Part shown: positions 28,001 through 39,756 of the stretch, one piece after another
How the letters are laid out: every line of letters starts with the position of its first letter
Position numbering within the stretch: the first letter of the stretch is position 1
Source of the DNA: Callorhinchus milii
Lineage: Eukaryota
Direction of reading: 5' to 3'
NCBI RefSeq assembly: GCF_018977255.1
Contig: NW_024704743.1
Span: forward strand, 47,184,001 to 47,248,000
Length of the DNA: 64,000 bases
Translations under genes and position numbers: made by a program
The notes under the pieces: model-generated
What the model was told of the DNA's origin: nothing
Databases searched by the model: none
The model's input: the letters and a program-made list of their open reading frames with translations, nothing else

Positions 28001-28755
28001 CAACTGGCACCGCCTTCCATCACCTCCGGAACATCGCCAGACTACGGCACTACCTCACCCCTCACGCTGCTGAAACCCTGGTTCACGCCTTTGTCACCTC
28101 AAGGCTGGACTATGGGAACTCTCTCCTCGCCGGCCTTCCCGGCACCTCCCTCCACAAGCTGCAGGTCATTCAGAACTCTGCAGCTCGTGTACTGTCCCGC
28201 ACCAGGCTTCGGGACCACATCACTCCCACCCTCGCTCGCCTCCACTGGCTCCCCATCCCCCAGAGGATTGATTTCAAGATCCTCATCCTCACCTACAAGG
28301 CCATTCACGGCCTTGCTCCCTCCTACCTCTCCAACCTACTATCCCTCTACCTACCTGCCCGTACCCTCCGTTCCTCCGGCTCCGGTCTGCTCCACGTCCC
28401 CCGCCCCAATCGCCCTACCATTGGTGGTCGGGCCTTCAGCCTCTCAGCCCCGAGGCTCTGGAACTCTATCCCCCAGTGCCTTCGCCTTGCTTCCTCCCTC
28501 TCCTCCTTCAAGGCCGGTCTCAAAACCTTTCTCTTTGACCGAGCCTTCAGCTCCCCTCTCGACTCTCTTCCCCCTTCTCGCTCCCTCCCATCCCTCCCCT
28601 CACCCTGACCATTTCCCTCCTCCTCGCTCCCTCCCCTCCCCTCACCCTGACCATTTCCCCCCTGCTCGGGTCATGACCCAACCGTGCAGCGCCTTGGGAC
28701 GTCCTCCTGACATGAAAGGCGCTTTATAAATGGAATCTTGTTGTTGTTGTTGTTG
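25060..28755 (+). mobile_element. Full-length L2-clade LINE (about 3.7 kb, single EN-RT ORF)
   Basis: Flanked by TAAACAG at 25053-25059 and 28756-28762 (TSD). Has a GC-rich 5' UTR, APE endonuclease and RT motifs, a 3' stem-loop GCGCCTT...AAGGCGC and a (TTG)n tail. Confidence 0.95.
25361..28608 (+). CDS. L2 ORF2, APE endonuclease plus reverse transcriptase, with one frameshift near 25961-25965
   Basis: Frame of ORF 25352: [22 protein letters not shown]. After a shift at TCCCCTAC the frame is open through [29 protein letters not shown] into ORF 26266-28608 ([38 protein letters not shown]). Confidence 0.9.
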
Positions 28756-29857
28756 TAAACAGTGAACCTCTGTGTAATTTTCATGGCAAGCAATCCATAC
28801 TAAAAGCATAATTCTGTCGCACATTTTGGTAATCACACGCAAAATTTTAACTAAGTTTTTTTAGACGCTAACTGAACTGCTGTGGATTTGCATGATTTTC
28901 TGACGTTATTTCTGGATGAATCTTCTGTGCTGCTAGTATTCACACACGAAATTTCAAAGCCAAGTATCCATGTGCTAGTGGAGAATCACAGTGTGAAAAG
29001 CACAAGTACAAGCTCAAAGGAAATCAAATCAGTTAGCGTACAAAGAAAAAAACAGTGGGAGCTGAGTTCCCATGGGAATATGAAGGGATTCCTGCAGGAG
29101 ATGCACTTTATGTCCCGAAAGTCCTTTCCTGACAGGTGTCACACATTTATTCTGCTGTTTTCCCAACAAGAGCTATTCTCAATGTTTTCTGCAAGGAAGA
29201 AAAAAGGGAGAAAAAAGGTGCATGGGGAAAGCCTGGAGCAGCAGGATTAAACGAGATTCTGCCAACATCTAAAAAAAAATGGTGGAACAGACTCCATAGG
29301 CTGAATGGCCGCCTCCTGCTCCAGCTTTTCTATGAAAAAACCACAACAACAAATTGCATTTATTTAGCACATTTCATGTCAGGAGGACATCTGAAATGCA
29401 CAGTACACAGATGACTGGGCACACAGGTTTGGGAGGGGTGCTGAGGACCGTAGTAGGCAGAAAGGGCATGACATCACAGATATTTGCAAGACCTGAATTG
29501 TGAACCATATGGGAGCTGAGGTTTTGTGAGTCAGTGTGACTGATGTACAGGACTATCTCTGCGAAACAATTACGGCTTCACTATACTTGATATCACCAGA
29601 TGCTTTTCTGGTGGCAAGACGTCAGCAAAGTTTCCGCTTTTCTGGGGAGCATTTTTTTTCATTCCAATCCTCTCTGTGGTTGAAGCACTGATAAGGACGG
29701 ATTGTAAATAGGCACAGCCTCTGAATCAAACTGATTTCATACAATAAAAACCTGTAAAGATTCCAATAGCCATTTTTTTCCAACACTACAAATAATTCAC
29801 ACTTATGCAGTACAAAGGAACTCCTTGAAATTTCAGCTGACTCACTCAACTTTGAAC

Positions 29858-30116
29858 CATAGACAACGGAAGCTTTTTATGAAGGGAGAAGGGGCAAAGT
29901 CGGAGGTGGGGTGGGGGAGGAGGGGCAGGGGGAATGAGCAGAGGAACAACCTGGTGGCGACACCTTTGACAAGTCCATCCCCACCATCAATGACAGTGGT
30001 GGAAGCTTTGTACATTGTGGGGGACATAAAGATACTTTTGCCCCCCACACAACATTCTCATTGGGGGGGGGGGCACTAGCCACCCTTTCCCCACCTCACT
30101 AGTTCCGCTGTCACTG
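29858..30116. mobile_element. Old non-autonomous hAT-like element
   Basis: Degenerate TIRs CATAGACAACGGAA and rc CAGTGACAGCGGAA; 8-bp flanks CTTTGAAC and CTGTAAAC (6/8). Confidence 0.55.
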
Positions 30117-32980
30117 CTGTAAACTTTCAATAGTTTCCGGGATTTATTGCTTCCCTGCCATAGAGGCTTTGGGAGTCACTGGTTACATCATGCTTTACAT
30201 GTTTAAACCATTCATAACTATTCTCCACTTGGGAAATTTCTGCAAGTTCAGTCTGGACCGTGAAATTCAGGTGCAAAGCTAATGCAATACCTCCTACAAC
30301 AAGACAAATGAGCAATCAAATGGCACTATAATACAGTAAGTGTTGTGTTATCACTTCTGGACACAGAATGCTGTATTGTAACTATGGGAAAGCAAACTCT
30401 ACATGTAGTTGGGAGAGTAATGTGAAAGGTTGATGAAAGCAAACCTAATATGATGTACTCCTGATTTTCCCCCCTATTCTCTTGTGAAAGAGACAGTACA
30501 GTACAGTTCACCTTAATGTGCCAAAAACACTCCCTGCTGACTAATAGTAGGACTAAGCTGTGCAATCTGTTGATTTGTTCACCTTTAAGTACAAATTAGG
30601 TTGTCATAACCCTCTTCTGCACAGAGTTTGGTGCAAATTAGTCCTAAAATATCTCTTAATTATGCAAAACAACTTCACAGTTGCATTATAAAGGGGCTGT
30701 TCATCAGACACTGTAAAAATATGCTCATTGTGCAGAGGTCTGGCCAGATTTATTCCAGCTACAAGTGACAGCATATCACATTGCTCCGCATAAAAGCTGC
30801 AAATGATCAGTTTACCCTTCTTTTTCCCGCTCCTAAAAGAGTCTCTACACTTTAAAGTAAAATCTTGTGATGCACTTTGACAGATCTTGATGACGTGATA
30901 AAATGCTATATCAAATGGAAGGATTATTATCTAATTCCCCTTTAAATGCCACAATCGACTCTGCTCCAACAGCCACCCTTGGCAAGGCACTCCTGCTTTG
31001 CTAACCCTCAGGGAGAGAAAATTCTGCCTAACTTCTCCTTTTATGTTCCTTGTTATAATCTTAAATCATGCAATCTTGAATCATCCAACAATTATCTTCT
31101 CAAACCCTTTCATTTTCTTAGTCAACTCTATGATATCACCTCTCAAATGACTGTGCTCCAACAGAAAGAGTCCTAACCTCTCCTACATCCTTTCACCTTT
31201 GGTATAATCCTGTTGAATCTACGCTACGTACTCTCCATTGATCTAGTTTTCTTTCTAGTGTGGTTCCCAAAACTGCTCACTGTTTACAGTTATAATCTAA
31301 CCAATTTTATAACGATTCATCATCATTCCTTACATTTGAATTAATTGGCTCTGTATAACAAACCCAGAATCTTGGTTGCTCTTTTAAAGCCTTTTCATCC
31401 TGTGAAGCCAATTTTCATGATCCATTAGAGGCAATATAGTGAAGAAAGTAGAACATAACCTTTTCAGCGCAGCCCCCTGTACGACAACCCTGTTGCTCAC
31501 AGAGGAAAAGCAGAGAGCAAATATGATACCAATTAGGAAGAATGTGGAAAGTGAGCATTTTGTAAAATTGCTACAAAATTTAACTTGTTACTGTATCCTG
31601 AAGCCACAAGCAATATACTTGCTGTAGATATGTAACTGGGGAAAGTTCTGTAAATGTACAATGAGGCGTACAGTGTTACCATTCTCTCTCAAAAAGGTCA
31701 ATGAGAGGGACTCTCCATGTGTATGCAAAGGAACCTTACAGGACACTTGCAACATTTGGGAACATAGTGAGAAGTTGATAACTCAATATGAATTACATGT
31801 CTGGTAACCAAAGAATGTATGTGTGTGATCCTTCAAAGAATGGGTTAAAAACAGTGGGCTTGTGCTTCCAAACTACAACGATGGATTAGAGGAACTGAAT
31901 GAAATGGTACAAGCTTCAGTTCCTGATCAAGCAACATACAGAATTGTGAAAGGTGTTTTGGAAAGCCCACTGGAAGACATGACAAATATACAGGTGGCTC
32001 AGATGCATTAACTAATAAGCAGTCATTTGTATTTCGCATACCTAAACCACATCCTGCGAGTGACGGAATATAGAACATGAACTTTGACCATTTATTTGTT
32101 CCCTGCAGTGCAAGTTACCTGCAGATTCCACAAGTAAGGACTGATTGCTTAACACAAAGGGGGTGTCATAGGAATAAGATATGCATCAGAAGTAAAGTTA
32201 ATTTGGATGTGCAAAAATTGTGTCAAAAACTGACTGCACATCAGACAAGCACTTTGTGCATGGTGCATTGAATGAGGTAATGACTCATTTAACATCTGAG
32301 GAAAAAGCATCCAGTTTCAAGAATTGAGGCAGACATGTATATTTGTTCTTATAAGTGTGTCTATACAAAGCAGCCCCTTGAAGAGAGTGACAGTGCATAA
32401 GATCTGCCTTTTAATTTGTATTACATTCCCATATTTCAAAACTGCATTGTTTGGCTAAGAGAATTGTAGCCAAGAAACACTATAGTTGTTTCATTTGAAT
32501 CCCAGAATGAGATATGGTACGAGGTGGTACTTACTGGAATCTGAATGAACATTTTTCTTCAGAATACCCTCAGAGCAAATATGGACACATGTATTCTGTA
32601 TTCTGCACTCCAAGTCAAAAGATAATTCCCTTCATATCCTTAAGATTCATTCACATAACACAATAACAAACTACATCTGTATAGCGCCTTTCACATCAGG
32701 AGGCCATCCCAAGGCGCTGATAATGCTATACACAAGTACATTTCTGGTTGTGCAAGGGCGATGCATGAATAATACTGTAAATTTTATATAAATTCAAATC
32801 GTGCACTGTAACAAGTCATAAAGTTGATGTTGGTGTATCATAACATAACATAATATAATAAATTTAACCTTACGTGTTTATCATCCACCTTTGCTCTGAA
32901 TAATATATTAAGTTGATCAATAACATAGTTCCTGTACCGAGATGTATACTAGAGCACTGCCAGTTGTTTATCCCTACCAA

Positions 32981-33299
32981 CCTGTAGCTCAGTGGTTAGA
33001 GCACTCGCTTTGCAAGTGAGAGACTTGAGTTCAATTCCAGGCAGAGGGCGAAACCTTGGGCAAGTTTCCTTACTCCACACGCCTAATAATAATCCCTCCA
33101 AAAAACACAAAAAAATAATACATTGGTCATTTTCAATCCACGACTGTTTGTGGGACATTGCTGTGCGCAATTGGCTGCCGCGCTCGCCCACAAAATATAC
33201 AGTCAATTCACTTTACAGTATATTCTGTGAAGCGCTTTGGGACGTCTAGAAGACGTGAAAAGCGCTATATCAAATGCAAGGATTATTATTATTATTATT
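32981..33299 (+). mobile_element. Young tRNA-Ala-derived SINE
   Basis: Highly similar to the 16983 and 53098 copies; AACCTG repeated at 32979-32984 and 33300-33305. Confidence 0.9.
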
Positions 33300-33631
33300 A
33301 ACCTGCCGCTCCCTCCTCTCATCAGGCTCCGGCCTGCTCCATGTCTCCCGCCCGACCCGCCATACCATTGGTGGCCGGGCTTTCAGCCTCTCTGCCCCCA
33401 CACTTTGGAACTCCATCCCACAGACCCTTCGCCTCGCTTCCTCCGTTGCCTCCTTCAAGGCCAGTCTCAAGACTCTTCTCTTCAACCATGCCTTTGGTCT
33501 CTCTCCCACCTCTCAGCCTTCCCTCACCCCTACACCACCCCTCCCCCATGCTCAGGCCCCGACATCTGACTGTTCCTCTGACATCCTCCCGACGTGAAAG
33601 GCACTCTATAAATGTAATTTTGTTGTTGTTG
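33300..33631 (+). mobile_element. L2 3' fragment
   Basis: [17 protein letters not shown]...FKASLKT peptide and (TTG)n tail. Confidence 0.9.
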
Positions 33632-34884
33632 TACAGTAGCCGTGCTATAATAGTTTTCATTAGCAGCGCTATAATAGTGTTTGCACCACATGGTTGGTTC
33701 ACTCCCATAATGTTCATTCACTGAATTACAAACTTTAATTTAACTATTTTGCGGCTCCATCTTGGGACATCTTGCTGCTCATGACTCCAAACCCTTGCAG
33801 TAACAAACTACTGCACTCCACACATCTGGTGGTAAGGTAGTGGGAGATGTTGCTACCAGTAGAATCACATTGAGACATTTAGTGTGAAACAACACAGGCC
33901 TGTTGGGTAACAACAGGTTGCTAACAATTTGATCTGTTCTTTAACAATTGATTTTATGGCACCGAACTTTCAAAATCATCTCTAGGGAAAATTTGCCCAT
34001 TTCACTGCTCAAATTACATTACCAGTTTGCACAAGGATTTAAAGATCCCTTCCCTGCCCCCCAATAAAATTCACACCCAACCACCCAGCAACAAGCTCAC
34101 CTCTCTCACCATTCCTTGTTCAGATTGTTTCAATAAAGCTTCTATCATGCACACAGCTCCCACTCCGCTCTCCCGGCTCAAGATTGCTGTTCAATATCCA
34201 TTAACGACCCTACGATATTGGCAGTTGAGCCATATTACCTACCATATCCCTGACTTCTAGAAACCACTTCAAAACTCACACAGCAACTCTCTGTTTTTCT
34301 CCCTCCTTTCAGTAGAAAGTTGTTGTCAGACAGAAATTGGGGGCCACACGATTCTACCCCGCTTTCCAACGGGGAACCATCGAGAATGGTCTCCAGCGAG
34401 CGTGCTCGATTACGTGACTGGTGATGTCAATGCACGTGGATTCTAACTATGGTCCGGCTCCATCTGTTTGCGTTGGGTTTAAAATCATGCTGGTTGCCGT
34501 GACACGTTTTGAAGTATGAAAATTTCAAACACAAATTGAAGTGCTGACGGATTTGGGTGGCACAATGTCAGGATTTTGGATTTTTAAGTAAGGAAATTTC
34601 GGAATCCTCAACTGCATAAGTGAACCCACTGTCGCCTACAAAACACACAGTCACTATACTTTACAGTAAATTCTGTGAAAGGTTTTGAGACAACCTCCCA
34701 ACATGAAAGACCACTATATATATATTCGCCCACAAATATACGGTCAATTCACTTTACAGTCTATTCTGTGAAGCACTTTGAGACGTCAAGAAGACGTGAA
34801 AAGCGCTATATCAAATGCAAGGATTATTATAATATTATATAAACACAATAATTATTATTAAAATAACAGGGTCAAAGCAGGAAA

Positions 34885-35480
34885 TAACAAAAACAACAAA
34901 TTGCGTTTATATTGCGGGGAGGCACTGGACTGTCAAGACTTTGCACCCAAGTTGGGGGTGAGATTCGGGAGAGTTGAGGCCGAGGGGTCATGGGGATGGA
35001 GGGAGGGGGGAAGATGACCAAAGGTATAAAGAGGAAAGTGTTGAGGTGGACGTTGAAGCAGGCGAGGGAAAAGGCGAAGCAAAGGGATAGAGTTGTAAAT
35101 AGTGGGAAGAAAGGCTGAAGGCCCAATCGCTGATAGTGGAACGAGCGGGTCATGGTGTGTGTGTGTGTGCATGTGAAGCAGGCTACTGTCTGCCGAGTGA
35201 AGGGAGTGGACTAGGAAGTCCATGACCTTTTTCTATTTGGAGTTGGGAGATGAGAATGGAGGGTGTGGGAGGATCAGTAGTTGAGGTGGTTGGTGATGCT
35301 AAAGAGAAGCCTGAGGTTATAATTTCCCTCTAGGAAGATAGTGAAGGGAGGATTTGGCTGAGAGGAGGGAGAAATGGCAAGTTTTGGTGTGGTCCAGGCA
35401 AATATAACTATGGACCATGTGGCCTGTTTTGATCTGCTCTGCTGCATGGGCTGTGGATAATAATGATCGGAGATGACCGC
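34885..35480 (-). mobile_element. Old L2 fragment(s)
   Basis: Degenerate L2 3' region and tail; the distal part is only weakly similar. Confidence 0.65.
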
Positions 35481-36519
35481 AGTACCACAGAGAGCTTTGT
35501 ATCAACTGTCAATAGGAAGCAGCTTGGGATTTGGTCAGCTGTTGAGGGTGGAGAAGAGGGAGTTATTGAGTAGCTCAATAGTTTGGGAATTGTTATTTCT
35601 GAATTACAATCTAAAAGTTGCAATTCACACAACAAATGTGGTTGTGACTATTACAAATTAGACCCCATTATTTTTAGTTAGTCAAATCTTAGTTTACAAG
35701 TGCATTATTTTCCAATTATAAATGTGTAGAGATTGATTCTCAAGAGCAAAGTCAAAAGCAGAATAGAAACAAAAAACTTAGTTGTACAGATTTTTAAAAA
35801 TCCTATTAACAATTAATAGTAGGTTATGGTGCATGTAGTTCCTTAATCCAAGAAAATAATTACATTTTGTGGCACTGTATTCTCTACTAATTAATTATAC
35901 TATTAAAAATTACTTTCAAATATAGAGGAAACCTTTGTGCAGGATACGTTTAAAAGAGAATGTCTGAATACTACAAATGACCCCAATTCACCCATTAATC
36001 TTCATTATTTTCCCATGTAAATCCCTCTGGAACAAAACAAAGGTGTTTTCGCCTCAGTCCATTTTTTGCCATCTTAATTAAAATCAGCTTAAAATAACCT
36101 CCTTCCACTTACTATTCTTGTACATTTTAAGATTCCAGCTCACTGGAATACTCAGAGGTACTCAAGACCAAAGTACAGTTGTTTGTCCAATCCCAAACTC
36201 AACGTTAATGCCCCATTTTTTCAAACCCATTCCAAACGACTCTGTGATTTTTCCAAATCACTCTGAAAAGGCAGCAGTCTGCCAAAGCTATTTACCTACA
36301 AAATACAGTCACCGGACTTTACAGTAAATCCTATGAAGCTCCTTGAGGCATTCTTCCGAAATGAAAGGAGCGCTCTGAAATGTAGGGATTATTTGTTACT
36401 CTATTTGTACCATATAATTTCTCAAAACAGATACAAATATAACATGCATTTCTAGACAAATTTGGGACTTTAATCCCAGTCAGAATATATTCATTTGTCA
36501 ATACTTAAATGTAGCTCAT

Positions 36520-37065
36520 TGTATTGACTTCTCAAATGTGCTCTTTGCCGGTCTCCCCATCTCCACCATGCAGAGGATCCAGCTGATCCAAAACTCAGCC
36601 GCCAGCATACTCATCTATACTAAACTCCAATCCCCCATCACACCAGTTCCAGCCAGGCTCCACTGGCTCCCTATCGCCGAATGGATCAATTTCAGGATCC
36701 TCACACTCGTTTTCAAATCCCTTCATGCCCTGGCACCTTCCTACCTGCTTACTCCCCAATCCACAACCCGCTGCCTCCACTCAACTGGCTCCAGCCTTCT
36801 GTATGTCCCTCGTGCCCTCCGTTCTACCATTGGTGGCCGCATTTTCAGCCACTACGCCCTGAAACTCTGGAACACTTTTCCTCTATCCCTCTGCCTTGCC
36901 TCTTCCTTCCCCATCTTCAGGCTGTGCCTGAAGACCTTCCTATTTGACCGTGCCTACGGTCACCTTCCCTTCCCCCCGGCTCGGCATAGTGCTCTGCCAC
37001 CATCAAGCACTCTAGGAGGCTACCCTGCGTGAGGGACGCTATGTAAATGCAAGTTATTGTTGCTG
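36520..37065 (+). mobile_element. L2 3' fragment
   Basis: ORF 36538-37032 is the L2 RT C-terminus ([21 protein letters not shown]), followed by a tail. Confidence 0.9.
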
Positions 37066-38122
37066 TACAGATAAAGAAACCAGTTTTCCAATCAATGTGT
37101 CTGTATAACTGAGGTAAGCACCGAGTGATTTTGATGAAACCAAATTATGATCTTATTGAATTTTCAGCGCTACAATTAAAAATAGAAAAGTCACCATGGT
37201 TTTTTTTAAAAGCGATCATAGTCTGCCCAGAGCTGTCAGAGAAATCGAAAGATAATGCTAGTTTGAAATAATTATAAAATAAAAAAGCTAGCGTACTATT
37301 TTGAAATAACTTTATTATTATTACAGCTTAAAGGAAACTTCATGAATTCACAGCAACTGCGTGGAACCCACCAGAATGACTTCTTAAACCACCACCTCCT
37401 GTTGCTGGAGCATTTTTATCAGCAGCTATAAATAAAAGCTATTTCCAGGTCAAAAAAAAACTCTTGCTAAGACATGAGTGGGCTTTGGAGGGGGGGACAG
37501 GAGAGGAAAGAGACTTGCAAAATAAAAATGTAAGTTGTAAGTGACTTTCCACATGCACATTAAATGCTAATTGACAGTGTAAACTATCAAATAAAAAATC
37601 TTACGTTGTAACAAATTTGCTTCACAGGGCAGACAGCACCTTTTACTGTCTAATCTAATGCGGAAGAGGAGTGGGGGTCAAGTGTTGGTAACACAGTAAA
37701 ACTGGCATAAGTCTGATCAGTATAAATTGTATAACTGTCTAAGTCGTACATCTGCCCAAGTCCTGTTCAAGAGTTTATATTCTAAGTTTGACATCACTCA
37801 TACTTTGCATAAGTCATAGTAAATGTATGGTCCCAACCGATACGACTTAACTGTAACTTGCACGCAAGAACATGCACACGCCTTAAGTGATGTTGTGGAC
37901 TAAATGGATGTACAGTACAGTGTGTGTGCAGTTGACTGACCAACCAACGCTCTGCTGAAGTCGAGCAGCGCAGCACTTCGCTCGCAGTAACTGCAGCGCA
38001 TCTGCTCGATCAGCCCGAGGTCTGTGTGCCCCTCAGCCACTGTGTGCAGACCCGGTGTTTTGCAATGTGTATCGTCTTGTAACCCACCACACAACACACA
38101 CACCACCTCCACCCCCACCCCC

Positions 38123-38330
38123 GGTCCCCCTTACCCCCTTTACCCCCTTCCCCTGTCCCCCTTACCCCTTTCCCCTTACCCCCTGTCCCTTCCCCTGTCC
38201 CCCTTACCCCCTGTCCCCCCCTTACCCCCTGTCCCCCTTACCTTACCCCCTGTCCCCCTGTCCCCCTTACCTTACCCCCTGTCCCCCCTTACCCTTACCC
38301 CCTGTCCCCCCTTACCTTACCCCCTGTCCC
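38123..38330. repeat. C-rich tandem repeat of CCCCTGT/CCCTTA units at the start of CHN2 intron 1
   Basis: Directly visible; G-rich on the transcribed sense (minus) strand. Confidence 0.9.
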
Positions 38331-38336
38331 GCTTAC

Positions 38337-38382
38337 CTGAAGAAACCGATGAACCAGACAAACTCGAATTACTCGATGCCAT
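38337..38382 (-). CDS. CHN2: Beta2-chimaerin (Rac GAP) first coding exon, MASSNSSLSGSSVSS plus phase-1 G
   Basis: Minus strand reads aggATGGCATCGAGTAATTCGAGTTTGTCTGGTTCATCGGTTTCTTCAG|gtaagc, with a strong Kozak context and canonical donor. The peptide matches the recalled human beta2-chimaerin N-terminus MAASSNSSLSGSSVSS-D. Exon 2 (AEEYQPPIWKSY) was not found in the window. Confidence 0.9.
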
Positions 38383-38455
38383 CCTGGACTTGTCTTTATG
38401 GAGCGAGAGAGAGAGGGGGAGAGAGAGAGAGAGAGACCCTCTCCCTTGTTCCCCC

Positions 38456-38488
<33 letters not shown>

Positions 38489-38918
38489 GTGTTTTTTTGC
38501 TCTGCAAAATGTTACTGGTGACAGCTCTGCACTCTGCTGTTGGTTGTGGCGGTGTTGCCCATTTCAAACCACTTCCTGGACTGTCAAAATCGCAGCGTGT
38601 TGCACGAACCCGTTTCTTGCCGCCCCCCCACCCCCAGCCCCCACCCCCTCCCCCTCTCACTCCTCTCTCTCTCTCTCTCTTTTCTGGAGGCAGATTGCGG
38701 GGGGTGGCGCGAGTCCTGCCAGCAGCCCCCGCCCGGGAACACAGCGTTTCCCGGTCGGGGGAAAGGGAGGAGTTGGGAGAGGGAGAGCCCGGGATGCAGT
38801 GCTTCCCACTGGGCGCCGGGGAGCAGTGAGCGCGCGCCCTGTGGTTGGTGTCAACTCAGTCGCTGTGTGAGTTGCGGGGAGACAGCAGAGCCCTGACTCA
38901 TGTACAACATCAGCTCAG
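38383..38918 (-). promoter_or_regulatory. CHN2 5' UTR and CpG-rich promoter region
   Basis: High GC/CpG density against an AT-rich, CpG-poor background. Contains GA/CT microsatellites in the UTR, an ETS-like CCAGGAAGTG on the minus strand (about 38570-38579) and an AP-1-like TGACTCA (38894-38900). The TSS is not determinable. Confidence 0.65.
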
Positions 38919-39340
38919 GGGAGGAGGGGGGGGAGTGTGGGGGGGGGAGTGTGGGTGTGTGGGGGGGGGAGTGTGTGTGTGGGGGGGAGTGTGTGGGGGG
39001 GGGGGAGTGTGTGTGGGGGGGAGTGTGTGTGTGTGTGTGGGGGGGAGTGTGTGTGTGGGGGGGAGTGTGTGTGTGTGGGGGGGAGTGTGTGTGTGTGTGG
39101 GGGGGAGTGTGTGTGTGTGGGGGGGGGAGTGTGTGTGTGTGTGGGGGAGTGTGTGTGTGGGGGGGAGTGTGTGTGTGGGGGAGTGGGAGTGTGTGTGTGT
39201 GGGGGGGAGTGTGTGTGGGGGGGGAGTGTGTGTGTGGGGGGAGTGTGTGTGTGGGGGTGGAGTGTGTTGTGTGGGGGGGGGAGTGTGTGTGTGGGGGGGG
39301 GGGAGTGTGTGTGTGTGGGGGGAGTGTGTGTGTGGGGGAG
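38919..39340. repeat. Compound G(n)A(GT)n minisatellite
   Basis: Many units of the form GGGGGGGAGTGTGTGTGT with variable run lengths. Confidence 0.95.
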
Positions 39341-39756
39341 TACAACACACACATAAAGCCCTCCCGCACTCAATGCAACAGTCCGCACAGCCTCTCTGCG
39401 AACATAAAAGGAGGATTTGTGGCCAAACAAAAATCTGCTCATAAAAAGGAAGGCTCGAGGTCAGTCAGAGCCGCAGCGCTGCCATCGCCAGAGCGCAGAA
39501 CCAACCGAGCGCTCGTTACCACGTGCACAAAGCAAGTCAGAGGGGGGGTTAGAGACGGAGGGCTGGGGAGGGGAGGGGGGGGGGCTGGGGAGGGGGGGGG
39601 GGGGCTGGGGGGGGAGCTCCTGCCCGAGAGTTGGCTGTGGGCGGTGGGGCTCTGTCCGGGGTGAGACTCCGCGGCCGCTGGGACTTGTGGTTCCCCCTCA
39701 GCCCCGTGTGAGGAGCAGCAGCGCCGAGTGAGTGAAACTACATCTCCCGTGGTGCC

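Noticed and set aside
28575..28660. Tandem duplication in the L2 3' UTR
   Set aside because: Ordinary slippage in a pyrimidine-rich UTR.
27860..28729. 289-aa overlapping ORF in L2
   Set aside because: An alternate frame kept open by C-rich composition; no evidence of function.
38024..38896. Plus-strand 118-271 aa ORFs over the promoter
   Set aside because: Low-complexity GC-rich sequence antisense to the real CHN2 exon 1.
38845..39664. Gly/Val/Cys-rich and His/Thr/Pro-rich ORFs in nearly all frames
   Set aside because: Artefacts of the G(n)A(GT)n repeat.
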